64,000 bases of DNA from Eubacteriales bacterium (GCA_045629725.1 JAZQRT010000015.1:4189-68188); one strand, 5' to 3'; counted from the first letter of the stretch, positions 9,424 to 17,590 are shown. The notes: generated from the sequence alone by a model not told the origin. Numbers and translations are program-made.

Positions 9424-9777
9424 ATGAATTTCAAGAAGGTTCCCAACCCCAAAAACAAGCTTTTTATTATCTTGGGGTTTTCGATATACGTTGTCGTCAT
9501 GCTCCTTACAGGTACCACTTGCCCCTTTAACAGATTTCTCGGGATAGTTTGTCCCGGATGCGGAATGACAAGAGCTCTTATTTGCGCTCTCCAGTTCAAA
9601 TTTGCCGATGCTTTTGACTACCACATGATGTTCTGGAGCATACCTCTGCTTTTCCTTTATTTTATTTTCGAAGGGAAGCTTTTTCGGAATAAATGGGCAG
9701 ATCGCGTCATATTAATTATTTTGTCAGTGGGATTTCTTATCAATTGGATCACAAGCATTATTTACGGAATTGGCTGA
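9424..9777 (+). CDS. DUF2752 family small membrane protein
   Basis: 117 aa with CPFNRFLGIVCPGCGMTRAL followed by hydrophobic helices. Confidence 0.65.
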   Translation: MNFKKVPNPKNKLFIILGFSIYVVVMLLTGTTCPFNRFLGIVCPGCGMTRALICALQFKFADAFDYHMMFWSIPLLFLYFIFEGKLFRNKWADRVILIILSVGFLINWITSIIYGIG

Positions 9778-9902
9778 AATTTGACGTTTTTTCCTTAAAA
9801 ATGTATATATTCGCAGAAATTACTATTGACAAAACGTTTACATTATGTTAAACTATGAACGATATTGGAAACAATAATTACTTTTATATGGAGGACTTTA
9901 AA

Positions 9903-10298
9903 ATGTTTTGCAAAAACTGTGGCGAACAGCTCAACGAAAACCAGGCAATCTGCGTTAAGTGCGGCGTAAAGGTTGGCGAAGGTTCAACTTTCTGCCCCAA
10001 CTGCGGCAACACAACAGCTCCCGATGCTGAGTACTGCCTCTCTTGCGGCGTTGCTCTTAAGAAGGCTGATAAGGCAGCAGACGCTCCCCTTGCAGGCAAG
10101 GACAAGATCGTTATCATTCTTGTTTGTCTTTTCCTCGGTGGACTTGGAATTCACAACTTCATGATGGGCGAAACAAAGAAGGGTATCGTAAGAATCGTTG
10201 CTTCTTTCCTTTGCGGACTTGGCGGAATTCTTGCTCTTATCGACCTTATCAAGATTTTGATGGACAAGTACGTTGTAGATCCTACAAAGCTTATCTAA
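9903..10298 (+). CDS. double zinc-ribbon / TM2-domain membrane protein
   Basis: The start is moved to the ATG preceded by GGAGGA (MFCKNCG...). Two CxxC...CxxC ribbons are followed by LFLGGLGIHNFMMGETKKGI, a TM2-like segment. Confidence 0.75.
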   Translation: MFCKNCGEQLNENQAICVKCGVKVGEGSTFCPNCGNTTAPDAEYCLSCGVALKKADKAADAPLAGKDKIVIILVCLFLGGLGIHNFMMGETKKGIVRIVASFLCGLGGILALIDLIKILMDKYVVDPTKLI

Positions 10299-10326
10299 TC
10301 TGATACATAAGATTAAATTGCTAAAT

Positions 10327-10360
10327 AAAAATGACTGTGCAAAAGCACAGTCATTTTTAT
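10327..10360. terminator. bidirectional intrinsic terminator between convergent genes
   Basis: AAAAATGACTGTGC-aaaa-GCACAGTCATTTTT: a perfect 10-bp stem flanked by an A-run and a T-run. Confidence 0.8.
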
Positions 10361-10367
10361 TTATGTA

Positions 10368-10724
10368 TCAATAGAATTCATATAAGATCTCCTCAAATAT
10401 CTCGAAAAAGCTATTCCAAAAGATCAGATCAAATATCGTTGAAAGTATACTCATAACGATGGAACCCACAACGGACACAACAACACCGACAAGAGCTCCG
10501 TTAAGCGCAGATTTCGCCTTTTTGGGTGAATCCGAGCAAAATACGGCATATAGAATAAATCCAACAATCGGGAGAAAAAATCCCAAAAGAGAAAAGGCAA
10601 GGCTTGATTCGTCCGACTTTGAAATATTTGTTTGAGAAGCCTTCTCCTCCACTAATTTTCCGCAGTGAACACACAAAGCCGCCTTATCGTCAAGTCCGCC
10701 GCCGCAATACCTGCAATATTTCAT
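10368..10724 (-). CDS. zinc-ribbon membrane protein (paralogue A)
   Basis: MKYCRYCGGGLDDKAALCVHCG ribbon followed by two hydrophobic segments containing the PKKAKSALNGA motif. Confidence 0.6.
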   Translation of the reverse strand: MKYCRYCGGGLDDKAALCVHCGKLVEEKASQTNISKSDESSLAFSLLGFFLPIVGFILYAVFCSDSPKKAKSALNGALVGVVVSVVGSIVMSILSTIFDLIFWNSFFEIFEEILYEFY

Positions 10725-10745
10725 ATCTTACACCTGTTTAGTACC

Positions 10746-11078
10746 TTATAAACCAATGAAAAGTCCGGCTTCGAGTGTGAATAAGAAAATAAAATAAACA
10801 GCGTAGAACAAGAGCGTAAAAGCAAACGAGGCAATCGTTCCTGCGATCGCTCCCTTAAGACATGATTTAGCCTTTTTAGGCATGTTACCGCTGTTTACTG
10901 CATAAAGAACAAATCCGATAATGGGAAAGAAAAAGCTAAGAAAAGCAAGTCCCGTACTTGGTGCATCATCCTTTGCAAGATTGCTTCCCGCAGCGGGAGC
11001 TTCAAGCTTTACTCCGCAATGAACGCAAATTGCAGCTTTATCGTCCACCTGTGCACCGCAGTTATAACAATATTTCAT
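10746..11078 (-). CDS. zinc-ribbon membrane protein (paralogue B)
   Basis: The start is moved to the ATG preceded by GGAGGT (MKYCYNCGAQVDDKAAICVHCG). Same architecture and PKKAKSCLKGA motif as paralogue A. Confidence 0.6.
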   Translation of the reverse strand: MKYCYNCGAQVDDKAAICVHCGVKLEAPAAGSNLAKDDAPSTGLAFLSFFFPIIGFVLYAVNSGNMPKKAKSCLKGAIAGTIASFAFTLLFYAVYFIFLFTLEAGLFIGL

Positions 11079-11148
11079 ATATCTACCTCCATACAACATT
11101 AAAATTGACAAGTCAAAGTTTATCACACTTTCTTTGACTTGTCAATAC

Positions 11149-11949
11149 TTATATCTTCATATCATCAAAACCTTTACCGTTAAACACGGAAATTGTAGTA
11201 AATCCCGTATTTTTCAAAATTTCCACTGACTCATCGAAGAAGAAATCAAGATTCTTCGGATCGTGGGAATCACTGCCTAAAAGCAGTTTTCCCCCCCATT
11301 CCTTTATCTTTTCAAGAAGAAACGTATTTGGGTACGGAAAGGTCTTATATCCGCGGGATATCCCCCCCGTGTTGAACTCTAAATACTTACAATATTTAAG
11401 ACATTCCTTGAGGCTTTCCTCAGCAGCTTTAATATACTCGGGGTCCTCCTCGGGCATATAGCTGAACTTGGTTATAACGTCGAAGTGTCCGATAAAAGCA
11501 GGTCTTGTTTTCTCCACGTGCTCCACCATCATCTCAAAATAGCACTTTGCCATGTCAACAACGTTTCCACCAAACACTTCCCTGACGCACTCCTCCTGCT
11601 GGGCACGGGTATGGTCAATGGGATAGCATTTTCCGCTGCGGTTTATATAATGAGCAGACGCGATAATGTAATCAAACTCCTCGTCTGTCCCCTCGGAATA
11701 ATAGTCCTTTTCAAGACCGAGATAGACAGGCAATCTACCGTCATATTCACAGGCAAGTGCCTTGACCTCTCGGATATAATCAGCATATCTCTTTGCAGAC
11801 ATACAATAACTGGGATCACAGGCAGTAAAGCTATGGTCTGAAAATCCGAGAGACAGCATGTTTTTTGCAATCGCAGACTCTATGTTCTCGCGCACAGTTC
11901 CGACACCGTCGGAAAAGGTTGTGTGAGTGTGTAAATTTGAATATCTCAT
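11149..11949 (-). CDS. hisJ: histidinol-phosphatase, PHP (HisJ/HisK) family
   Basis: 266 aa with the N-terminal NLHTHTTFSDG PHP motif and DHSF. The his operon in this window has only a monofunctional hisB. Confidence 0.8.
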   Translation of the reverse strand: MRYSNLHTHTTFSDGVGTVRENIESAIAKNMLSLGFSDHSFTACDPSYCMSAKRYADYIREVKALACEYDGRLPVYLGLEKDYYSEGTDEEFDYIIASAHYINRSGKCYPIDHTRAQQEECVREVFGGNVVDMAKCYFEMMVEHVEKTRPAFIGHFDVITKFSYMPEEDPEYIKAAEESLKECLKYCKYLEFNTGGISRGYKTFPYPNTFLLEKIKEWGGKLLLGSDSHDPKNLDFFFDESVEILKNTGFTTISVFNGKGFDDMKI

Positions 11950-11958
11950 TTTATCCTC

Positions 11959-13119
11959 TTATATTACTCTTACTCTGATAACGCCCTCAAGGGATGCGAT
12001 ATGATCTTTTACCGCATCTATGTCGCATTTTGCCACGTCCATCATGGTATATGCAAGATCTCCTTTTGACTTGTTGAGAAGGTTCTCGATGTTCACGTTG
12101 TCCTTAGCAACAGCAGAGGTAATGGAGGTCAGCATGTTGGGGATATTCTTGTGAATTACGCAAATTCTGATATCTCCGCTTCGGGGCATTGATATATTCG
12201 GGAAATTTACGGAATTGGTGATATTTCCGTCCTCAATATACTCAATAAGCTCCTTTGCCGCCATGACCGCGCAGTTATCCTCGGACTCGGGTGTGGATGC
12301 GCCAAGGTGAGGAATTGCAATTACCCCCTCAACACCGAGCATTTCGTCCGTGGGGAAATCCACAACGTAGGTTGCAACCTTTCCGGTCGCAAGAGCCTCA
12401 AGCATATCCGCACTGTCAACAAGTCCGTCACGGGCAAAATTAAGAATACGCACGCCGTCCTGCATCTTATCAAGAGCAGCCTTATTGATCGTTCCCTTTG
12501 TATCCTTTGTCAGCGGAATGTGAAGTGTGATATAATCGCATTTTTCAAATATCTCACTCATATCCGTTGCTCTTTTGATATTATGAGAAAGGTTCCATGC
12601 GTTCTGGAGAGAAAGATAGGGATCATATCCATATACCGTCATTCCAAGATCGTTTGCCGCATTGGCAACAAGTACACCGATTGCTCCAAGACCGATGACA
12701 CCAAGCTTCTTTCCTCTGATCTCAGGACCTGCAAAGGCGGATTTTCCCTTTTCAACAAGCTTACCTACCTCAGCGCCCTGACCTTTAAGTCCCTGCGCCC
12801 ACTGTGTTGCGGCTGTGATCTTGCGGGATGCAAGGAAAAGCCCCGCAACCGTTAATTCCTTTACCGCATTAGCGTTTGCACTTGGTGTATTGAAAACAAC
12901 GATACCCTCATTTCCGCATCTTTCAACGGGAATATTATTGACACCCGCTCCCGCTCTGCCGATCGCAAGGAGGGATTTCGGAAATTCCACCTCGTGAAGC
13001 GCCGCCGAACGAACAAGCGCCGCAACGGGTTCTTCTGCGTTTTCGGAAATTACGTATTTTTCATCAAAATAGTCAAGACCTACCTTTGCGATCTTGTTAT
13101 ATACCTTTATATTATACAT
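11959..13119 (-). CDS. serA: D-3-phosphoglycerate dehydrogenase with C-terminal ACT domain
   Basis: 386 aa with the GVIGLGAIG Rossmann motif and 2-hydroxyacid dehydrogenase layout. TAATG overlap with serC. Confidence 0.9.
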   Translation of the reverse strand: MYNIKVYNKIAKVGLDYFDEKYVISENAEEPVAALVRSAALHEVEFPKSLLAIGRAGAGVNNIPVERCGNEGIVVFNTPSANANAVKELTVAGLFLASRKITAATQWAQGLKGQGAEVGKLVEKGKSAFAGPEIRGKKLGVIGLGAIGVLVANAANDLGMTVYGYDPYLSLQNAWNLSHNIKRATDMSEIFEKCDYITLHIPLTKDTKGTINKAALDKMQDGVRILNFARDGLVDSADMLEALATGKVATYVVDFPTDEMLGVEGVIAIPHLGASTPESEDNCAVMAAKELIEYIEDGNITNSVNFPNISMPRSGDIRICVIHKNIPNMLTSITSAVAKDNVNIENLLNKSKGDLAYTMMDVAKCDIDAVKDHIASLEGVIRVRVI

Positions 13120-14201
13120 TAAGCGTTTTCCTCCTCAAATTTCTTCATAAATTCAACAAGCTTTTCAACACCTTCCACGGGCATAGCATTATAAATGGAA
13201 GCTCTCATACCGCCAACGCTGCGGTGCCCCTTAAGGTTGATGAATCCTGCACTTGCTGCTTCTTTTACAAATTTGGCATCAAGCTCCTCATTACCTGTAA
13301 CAAAAGGTACGTTCATAAGCGAACGGTCCTCTTTTTTTACAGTACCCTTGAAAAGCTTACTCTCATCAAGGAAATTATAAATAAGCTCCGCCTTGCGCTT
13401 ATTGACCTTTTCAATAGCTTCAAGTCCGCCCATATCCTTTAACCAATGGAATACAAGTCCTGCAATATAAATGGTATACGTAGGAGGTGTATTGAACATT
13501 GAACCGTTTTCCGAATGTGTTTCGTAATTAAGCATTGTGGGTGTGATCTCCATAGCCTTACCGATAAGGTCATTTCTGATAATAACGATGGTAAGTCCTG
13601 CGGGAGCAACGTTCTTCTGCGCGCCGGCATACAGCACGCCGAATTTTGAAACGTCGATAGGCTCTGAAAGGATACAGCTTGAAATATCCGCAACAAGAGG
13701 TACGTTGCCTGTTTCGGGAATATTGTGCCACTTTGTTCCGTAAATGGTGTTATTCATACAAATGTGCACGTAATCCGCATCGGGATCAAGCTTTCCTTCA
13801 AATCCCTTGGGGATATATGAGAAGGTCTCGTCCTCACTTGATGCAACCGCTCTTACCGCACCGTAGCGCGCCGCTTCCTTGCAAGCCTTCTTTGCCCACT
13901 GACCTGTAATGATATAATCTGCCTTATTGTTCCCTGTCATAAGGTTCATGGGGATCATGGCAAACTGAGTGGACGCTCCTCCCTGCAAAAACAGCACTGT
14001 GTAATTATCGGGAATGTTCATGATCTCTCTGAGTGTTGCCTCAGCATCGTCTATGATCGCCTTATATTCCTTTGATCTATGTGACATTTCCATTACCGAC
14101 TGCCCCGTACTTCCGTACTCTAAAAGCTCGGAAGCCGCCTTGCGGAGAACTTCTTCGGGCAACATTGAAGGTCCTGCACTAAAATTAAATACTCTTGACA
14201 T
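13119..14201 (-). CDS. serC: 3-phosphoserine aminotransferase
   Basis: 360 aa. N-terminus FNFSAGPSMLPEEVL and overall layout are typical of SerC. RBS is AGGAGGA. Confidence 0.95.
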   Translation of the reverse strand: MSRVFNFSAGPSMLPEEVLRKAASELLEYGSTGQSVMEMSHRSKEYKAIIDDAEATLREIMNIPDNYTVLFLQGGASTQFAMIPMNLMTGNNKADYIITGQWAKKACKEAARYGAVRAVASSEDETFSYIPKGFEGKLDPDADYVHICMNNTIYGTKWHNIPETGNVPLVADISSCILSEPIDVSKFGVLYAGAQKNVAPAGLTIVIIRNDLIGKAMEITPTMLNYETHSENGSMFNTPPTYTIYIAGLVFHWLKDMGGLEAIEKVNKRKAELIYNFLDESKLFKGTVKKEDRSLMNVPFVTGNEELDAKFVKEAASAGFINLKGHRSVGGMRASIYNAMPVEGVEKLVEFMKKFEEENA

Positions 14202-14247
14202 TGTTTTTTCCTCCTAATGGATTTATTTATCTTAATTATATGATATT

Positions 14248-14532
14248 AAAAAATAAAAACGCCTCGACATAAGGATACCCTTAAGTCAAGGACGAAAAAT
14301 ATTCGCGGTGCCACCTTGATTCACAGCTAAAAACCATGCTCTCTGCAAGATACAAACATATCTTTTGCAACTGACGTGTGCCATACGTCGCAGCCTACTA
14401 CCCTTTCAACTGCGCCCTCTGCGGTCCATTTGATGATCCGTGTTCTGCCCGGCTCTCAGCCTCCCGAGCTCTCTGTGAGAGCGTAACCACCTTTATCTCC
14501 GCTTCAACGGTTTAAATTATTAAATTTAGAAT
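14248..14532 (-). promoter_or_regulatory. T-box leader (probably Ser-specific) controlling serC-serA
   Basis: Minus strand carries AGAGAG and a GGCUGAGAG distal-loop-like element. The T-box core is AUCAAGGUGGCACCGCGAA. The antiterminator can be drawn as UCAAGG / bulge UGGCACC / GCGAA-loop-UUCGU / CCUUGA. A long terminator hairpin follows, ending in UUUUUAUUUUUU. Confidence 0.8.
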
Positions 14533-14538
14533 GGAGCT

Positions 14539-14567
14539 ATTATAGCACCAACAATTCAATTTGTCAA
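14539..14567 (-). promoter_or_regulatory. promoter of the serCA T-box leader
   Basis: Minus strand reads TTGACA, 17-nt spacer, TATAAT. Confidence 0.7.
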
Positions 14568-14754
14568 TGGTTTTTTAAAAAATAATTCATATTTAAAGGC
14601 GTTTTACAAATACATGTATACAATTTTCTGAAATTTACAATAAATTTCCTGTTACACCGTAAAAAACGGCGCACCGCCGCAAGGTAAAAGTTCACCTTAC
14701 GCAAGTGCATCTCCTTTAAATTGTTTTACTCTAAAACAGAATGATCTTTTACTA

Positions 14755-14798
14755 AACAAAAAAGCACGGCTTTCCGCATTGGATAAGCCGTGTTTTTT
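14755..14798 (-). terminator. intrinsic terminator after rplL
   Basis: CACGGCTT-loop-AAGCCGTG stem followed on the minus strand by CTTTTTTGTTT. A second hairpin plus U-run (CGGCGGTGCGCCGTTTTTT) lies at about 14665-14690. Confidence 0.8.
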
Positions 14799-14814
14799 AT
14801 AGCTTTCGTTAAAA

Positions 14815-15189
14815 TTACTTAACTTCAACTTCAGCGCCTGCAGCCTCGAGCTGTGTCTTGAGAGCTGCTGCATCTTCCTTAGAAACGCCTTCCTTGATAG
14901 CCTTAGGAGCGGACTCAACGAGGTCCTTAGCGTCCTTAAGTCCGAGACCTGTGATCTCACGAACTGCCTTGATAACGTTGAGCTTGGAAGCACCAGCGGA
15001 CTTGAGGATTACGTCGAACTCTGTCTTTTCCTCTTCTACGGGAGCTGCTGCTACTGCGCCGCCTGCTGCTACGGGAGCTGCTGCGGATACGCCGAACTCC
15101 TCTTCAAGTGCTGCTACGAGATCCTTCATCTCGAGAAGTGTAAGTGCTTTTATTTCTTCAAGAATGCCTGTAATTTTTTCGCTTGCCAT
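14815..15189 (-). CDS. rplL: 50S ribosomal protein L7/L12
   Basis: 124 aa with an Ala-rich hinge and the C-terminal LKDAKDLVE...AEVEVK. Confidence 0.97.
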   Translation of the reverse strand: MASEKITGILEEIKALTLLEMKDLVAALEEEFGVSAAAPVAAGGAVAAAPVEEEKTEFDVILKSAGASKLNVIKAVREITGLGLKDAKDLVESAPKAIKEGVSKEDAAALKTQLEAAGAEVEVK

Positions 15190-15286
15190 TTTAAAATACC
15201 TCCGAAAATATATTTTTTGTTTTTGTTTTAGTTTTAGTTTTTATTTTTAAATTTGTTTTGTGGGTTTCCCCGTGATCCGCTACTGA

Positions 15287-15802
15287 TTACTCAGCCTCTG
15301 CGGGTGTGCCTTCAGCCTTATCAATAATAGCCTGAAGCGCGTAAGCAAGTCCGTAAACGGGGCTCTTCATGCAGCCCATAACCTTGCATACGAGTGTTTC
15401 CTTGTTGGGTGTGCTTGCAAGTTCTTCTACTGCCTTTGCGTCGATAACGCCGCCATCAACAAAACCTGCCTTAAGCTCGAATGTGCTAACCTTATCTGCA
15501 TACTCCTTGAGGATCTTTGCAGGAGTTACCTCATCCTTTGTGCTGAACGCAACTGCGCACATTCCGAAAAGACTTTCCTTGATTGCACCGTATCCAGCCT
15601 CTTCCATAGCTCTGCCGATGATTGAGTTCTTGTATACCTTGTACTCTACATCTGCCTTACGAAGATCTGTACGAAGCTTTGTATCATCCTCAACTGTAAT
15701 ACCCTGATAAGTAACAACAACTGCTGACTTAGCTTCCTTAAGCTTCTCAGCAAGCTCTGCAACTACCTGTTTCTTCTGTTCAAGTACCTTTACACTTGGC
15801 AT
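15287..15802 (-). CDS. rplJ: 50S ribosomal protein L10
   Basis: The start is moved to the ATG preceded by GGAGGTGG (MPSVKVLEQKKQVV...). L10 layout. Confidence 0.93.
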   Translation of the reverse strand: MPSVKVLEQKKQVVAELAEKLKEAKSAVVVTYQGITVEDDTKLRTDLRKADVEYKVYKNSIIGRAMEEAGYGAIKESLFGMCAVAFSTKDEVTPAKILKEYADKVSTFELKAGFVDGGVIDAKAVEELASTPNKETLVCKVMGCMKSPVYGLAYALQAIIDKAEGTPAEAE

Positions 15803-15817
15803 TTGTTCCACCTCCAT

Positions 15818-15975
15818 AATTATTTGAAAATCTCAAAGGGCATTTTTAAGCAAAAAAAAGCACCTTTTAGGCTTCACAAAACCGAAAAGGCAACAAACAA
15901 CAGTATAAATGTTATATGTTTCTCCTCGGTAGGAAAGTTTGCACTTTTACTGAAACCTACTGTCTTTGGATTTAC
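15818..15975 (-). promoter_or_regulatory. rplJ 5' leader, probably an L10-leader type attenuator
   Basis: The ~160-nt leader lies between a near-consensus promoter and rplJ. It contains a CCTTTT...AAAAGG hairpin followed by TGCTTTTTTTT. The assignment to the L10-leader family rests on position and the attenuator, not on a covariance-model score. Confidence 0.5.
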
Positions 15976-15981
15976 CTCGAT

Positions 15982-16010
15982 ATAATATCACACTTTTTCC
16001 TGTTTGTCAA
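15982..16010 (-). promoter_or_regulatory. promoter of rplJ-rplL
   Basis: Minus strand reads TTGACA, 17-nt spacer, TATTAT, immediately after the thiN stop. Confidence 0.7.
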
Positions 16011-16018
16011 TAGCTTTT

Positions 16019-16636
16019 TTAATTTTTTTCAAAAATAATTGCAATTTTTCCTCTGGCTGTAATTTTTCCCTTTTTCTTACAAAATTCATTACTTACCCCG
16101 AGGGGATAGCCTTCTGTGAGAATAATTTCCTCTCCGTCATATTTAAATCCGCAAAGGGTAACACGAGCCTCACCCTCAAGAGCAAAAACGGAAACGTAGG
16201 AATACCCCTTGTTTTCAAACTCTCTTTCTTCATCGCACAAAATTGCAATATCGCAATTTTCATCAACGATATTACAGATCATTCCCTTCTTAACGATACC
16301 GAGTGCGCTTTGTATATTGGCAATAGTATGGGAAAGGCGCCGACCGCCAAGCGCTCCGTACAAAACGAAGCTTTTATAGCCGCGCTCCATACCGAGTCTT
16401 ATACCCGCCTCCATGTCCGTCACGTCCTTTTCCTTTGGCAAGCGAACTGTATTTGAAAAATCGGGTGTATACCCAAGGGAGTCGAAGTCACCTACGCAGA
16501 TATCACAAGGAATTCCAAAAGACCTGAGATACCCATATCCTCCGTCACAGGCGATAACTATATCCCCTTCTTCCCTTTTTAAAAGCTCCGGCGTGAAATC
16601 TCCTGCTCCCACAACGCGGCATACACCCTTTTTCAT
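16019..16636 (-). CDS. thiN: thiamine diphosphokinase
   Basis: 205 aa with VGAGDF...IACDGG...GDFDSLG motifs. Confidence 0.85.
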   Translation of the reverse strand: MKKGVCRVVGAGDFTPELLKREEGDIVIACDGGYGYLRSFGIPCDICVGDFDSLGYTPDFSNTVRLPKEKDVTDMEAGIRLGMERGYKSFVLYGALGGRRLSHTIANIQSALGIVKKGMICNIVDENCDIAILCDEEREFENKGYSYVSVFALEGEARVTLCGFKYDGEEIILTEGYPLGVSNEFCKKKGKITARGKIAIIFEKN

Positions 16637-16648
16637 AGTTTAACCTCT

Positions 16649-17491
16649 TTAAATATTTTTCTTTTTGTTTATGCCCTTAACTGCCATAATTACAGCGAGA
16701 ATAAGGACACATACTACATTTATCACGATAAGCCACTTGACAGTATCACCGCCGATCGAGGTAATTCCCGTAATATCAAACTCACCGCTTTCGTTCTGCA
16801 TCGCGGAAAACAGAGTTATAACGTCATATATAAATCCTGCAAGAAGCGCCGCACCGCCGACAATATCCATTACAACGATTCCGGTGCTTTCCTTTTCCTG
16901 CTTTTTTCTGACGGGCAATTCCTTTGAAAAGTCCATTCTGCCCGATACGTAATATACCGCCGCTACAGTAATGAGCGTTTCGGGTATCATAAACGCCGCA
17001 TTATAAAGCAGTGAATACCAAAACGCCGCTGTGGTGGGTATGGAAAGTCCTGCCCAAACGGTACATCCCGATATCACGTGGCAAGTATATCTGAGCGCAC
17101 AGCAAAGGAACGCACCCGAGATCATGGCAGCGGTTTGATTTTTCACCGTCTTGCGGAACACCCCGCCAAGTCCGCACACCGCAAAGGCTACAACGTAGTC
17201 AAGGAGTATCACCGCAACAACGGATTGCCAAGTGGTAACGTATGACAGAGTTGAAACGGAAAGGAGCTGCTGAATAACACCGTATAAGAACGCCGTAAAG
17301 CTTCCCCAAGCAGTGCCGTGTCGGTAGGCAATTATCATAATGGGCATCATTGAAGCAAGTGTGAGGGAGCCGCCGTAGGGCATTTCATAAAGCTTCAGCA
17401 CACTGAGAACTGTTGCAAGGGCTATGAGTATGGCGCTTTCGGTAAGTCTTTTTATCTTACCGCTTTTTGTAAGTTTTTTGTTTTCGTTCAT
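16649..17491 (-). CDS. thiT: thiamine transporter ThiT (ECF S-component type) with a ~85-aa C-terminal membrane extension
   Basis: The start is moved to the ATG preceded by AAGAGGA. It is polytopic, directly downstream of a TPP riboswitch and upstream of thiN. Confidence 0.75.
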   Translation of the reverse strand: MNENKKLTKSGKIKRLTESAILIALATVLSVLKLYEMPYGGSLTLASMMPIMIIAYRHGTAWGSFTAFLYGVIQQLLSVSTLSYVTTWQSVVAVILLDYVVAFAVCGLGGVFRKTVKNQTAAMISGAFLCCALRYTCHVISGCTVWAGLSIPTTAAFWYSLLYNAAFMIPETLITVAAVYYVSGRMDFSKELPVRKKQEKESTGIVVMDIVGGAALLAGFIYDVITLFSAMQNESGEFDITGITSIGGDTVKWLIVINVVCVLILAVIMAVKGINKKKNI

Positions 17492-17590
17492 TTTAATCCT
17501 CTTTCCGAAAATCTGCGGCACAATCTTTCTCCAACCTCTTTGTCCTCAAAAGCCTTTTCTGACTATCGCTCTGCAGTACGACAGCCATTT

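Noticed and set aside
9855-9902. N-terminal extensions suggested by the ORF track. The cases are 9855, 11126, 15817, 17521, 19844, 20970, 23307, 37806, 48168, 48365, 52036, 56251, 57099, 60004 and 62537.
   Set aside because: In each case an internal ATG or GTG with a much better Shine-Dalgarno sequence coincides with the conserved N-terminus of the family or with the upstream gene's stop. The longer forms would overlap promoters, terminators or neighbouring genes.
12307-12855. A 182-aa ORF antisense to serA. Similar cases are 19140-19664 inside the M14 peptidase gene and 60075-60581 inside the deacetylase gene.
   Set aside because: They are antisense shadows of well-supported genes.
14697-14993. 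A 98-aa minus-strand ORF overlapping the rplL 3' end. Also an AAAGGAG-ATG mini-ORF between the two rplL terminators (about 14600-14730).
   Set aside because: The first is out of frame within rplL and spans its terminator. The second has zero spacing between the Shine-Dalgarno sequence and the ATG, and it runs through a terminator hairpin.
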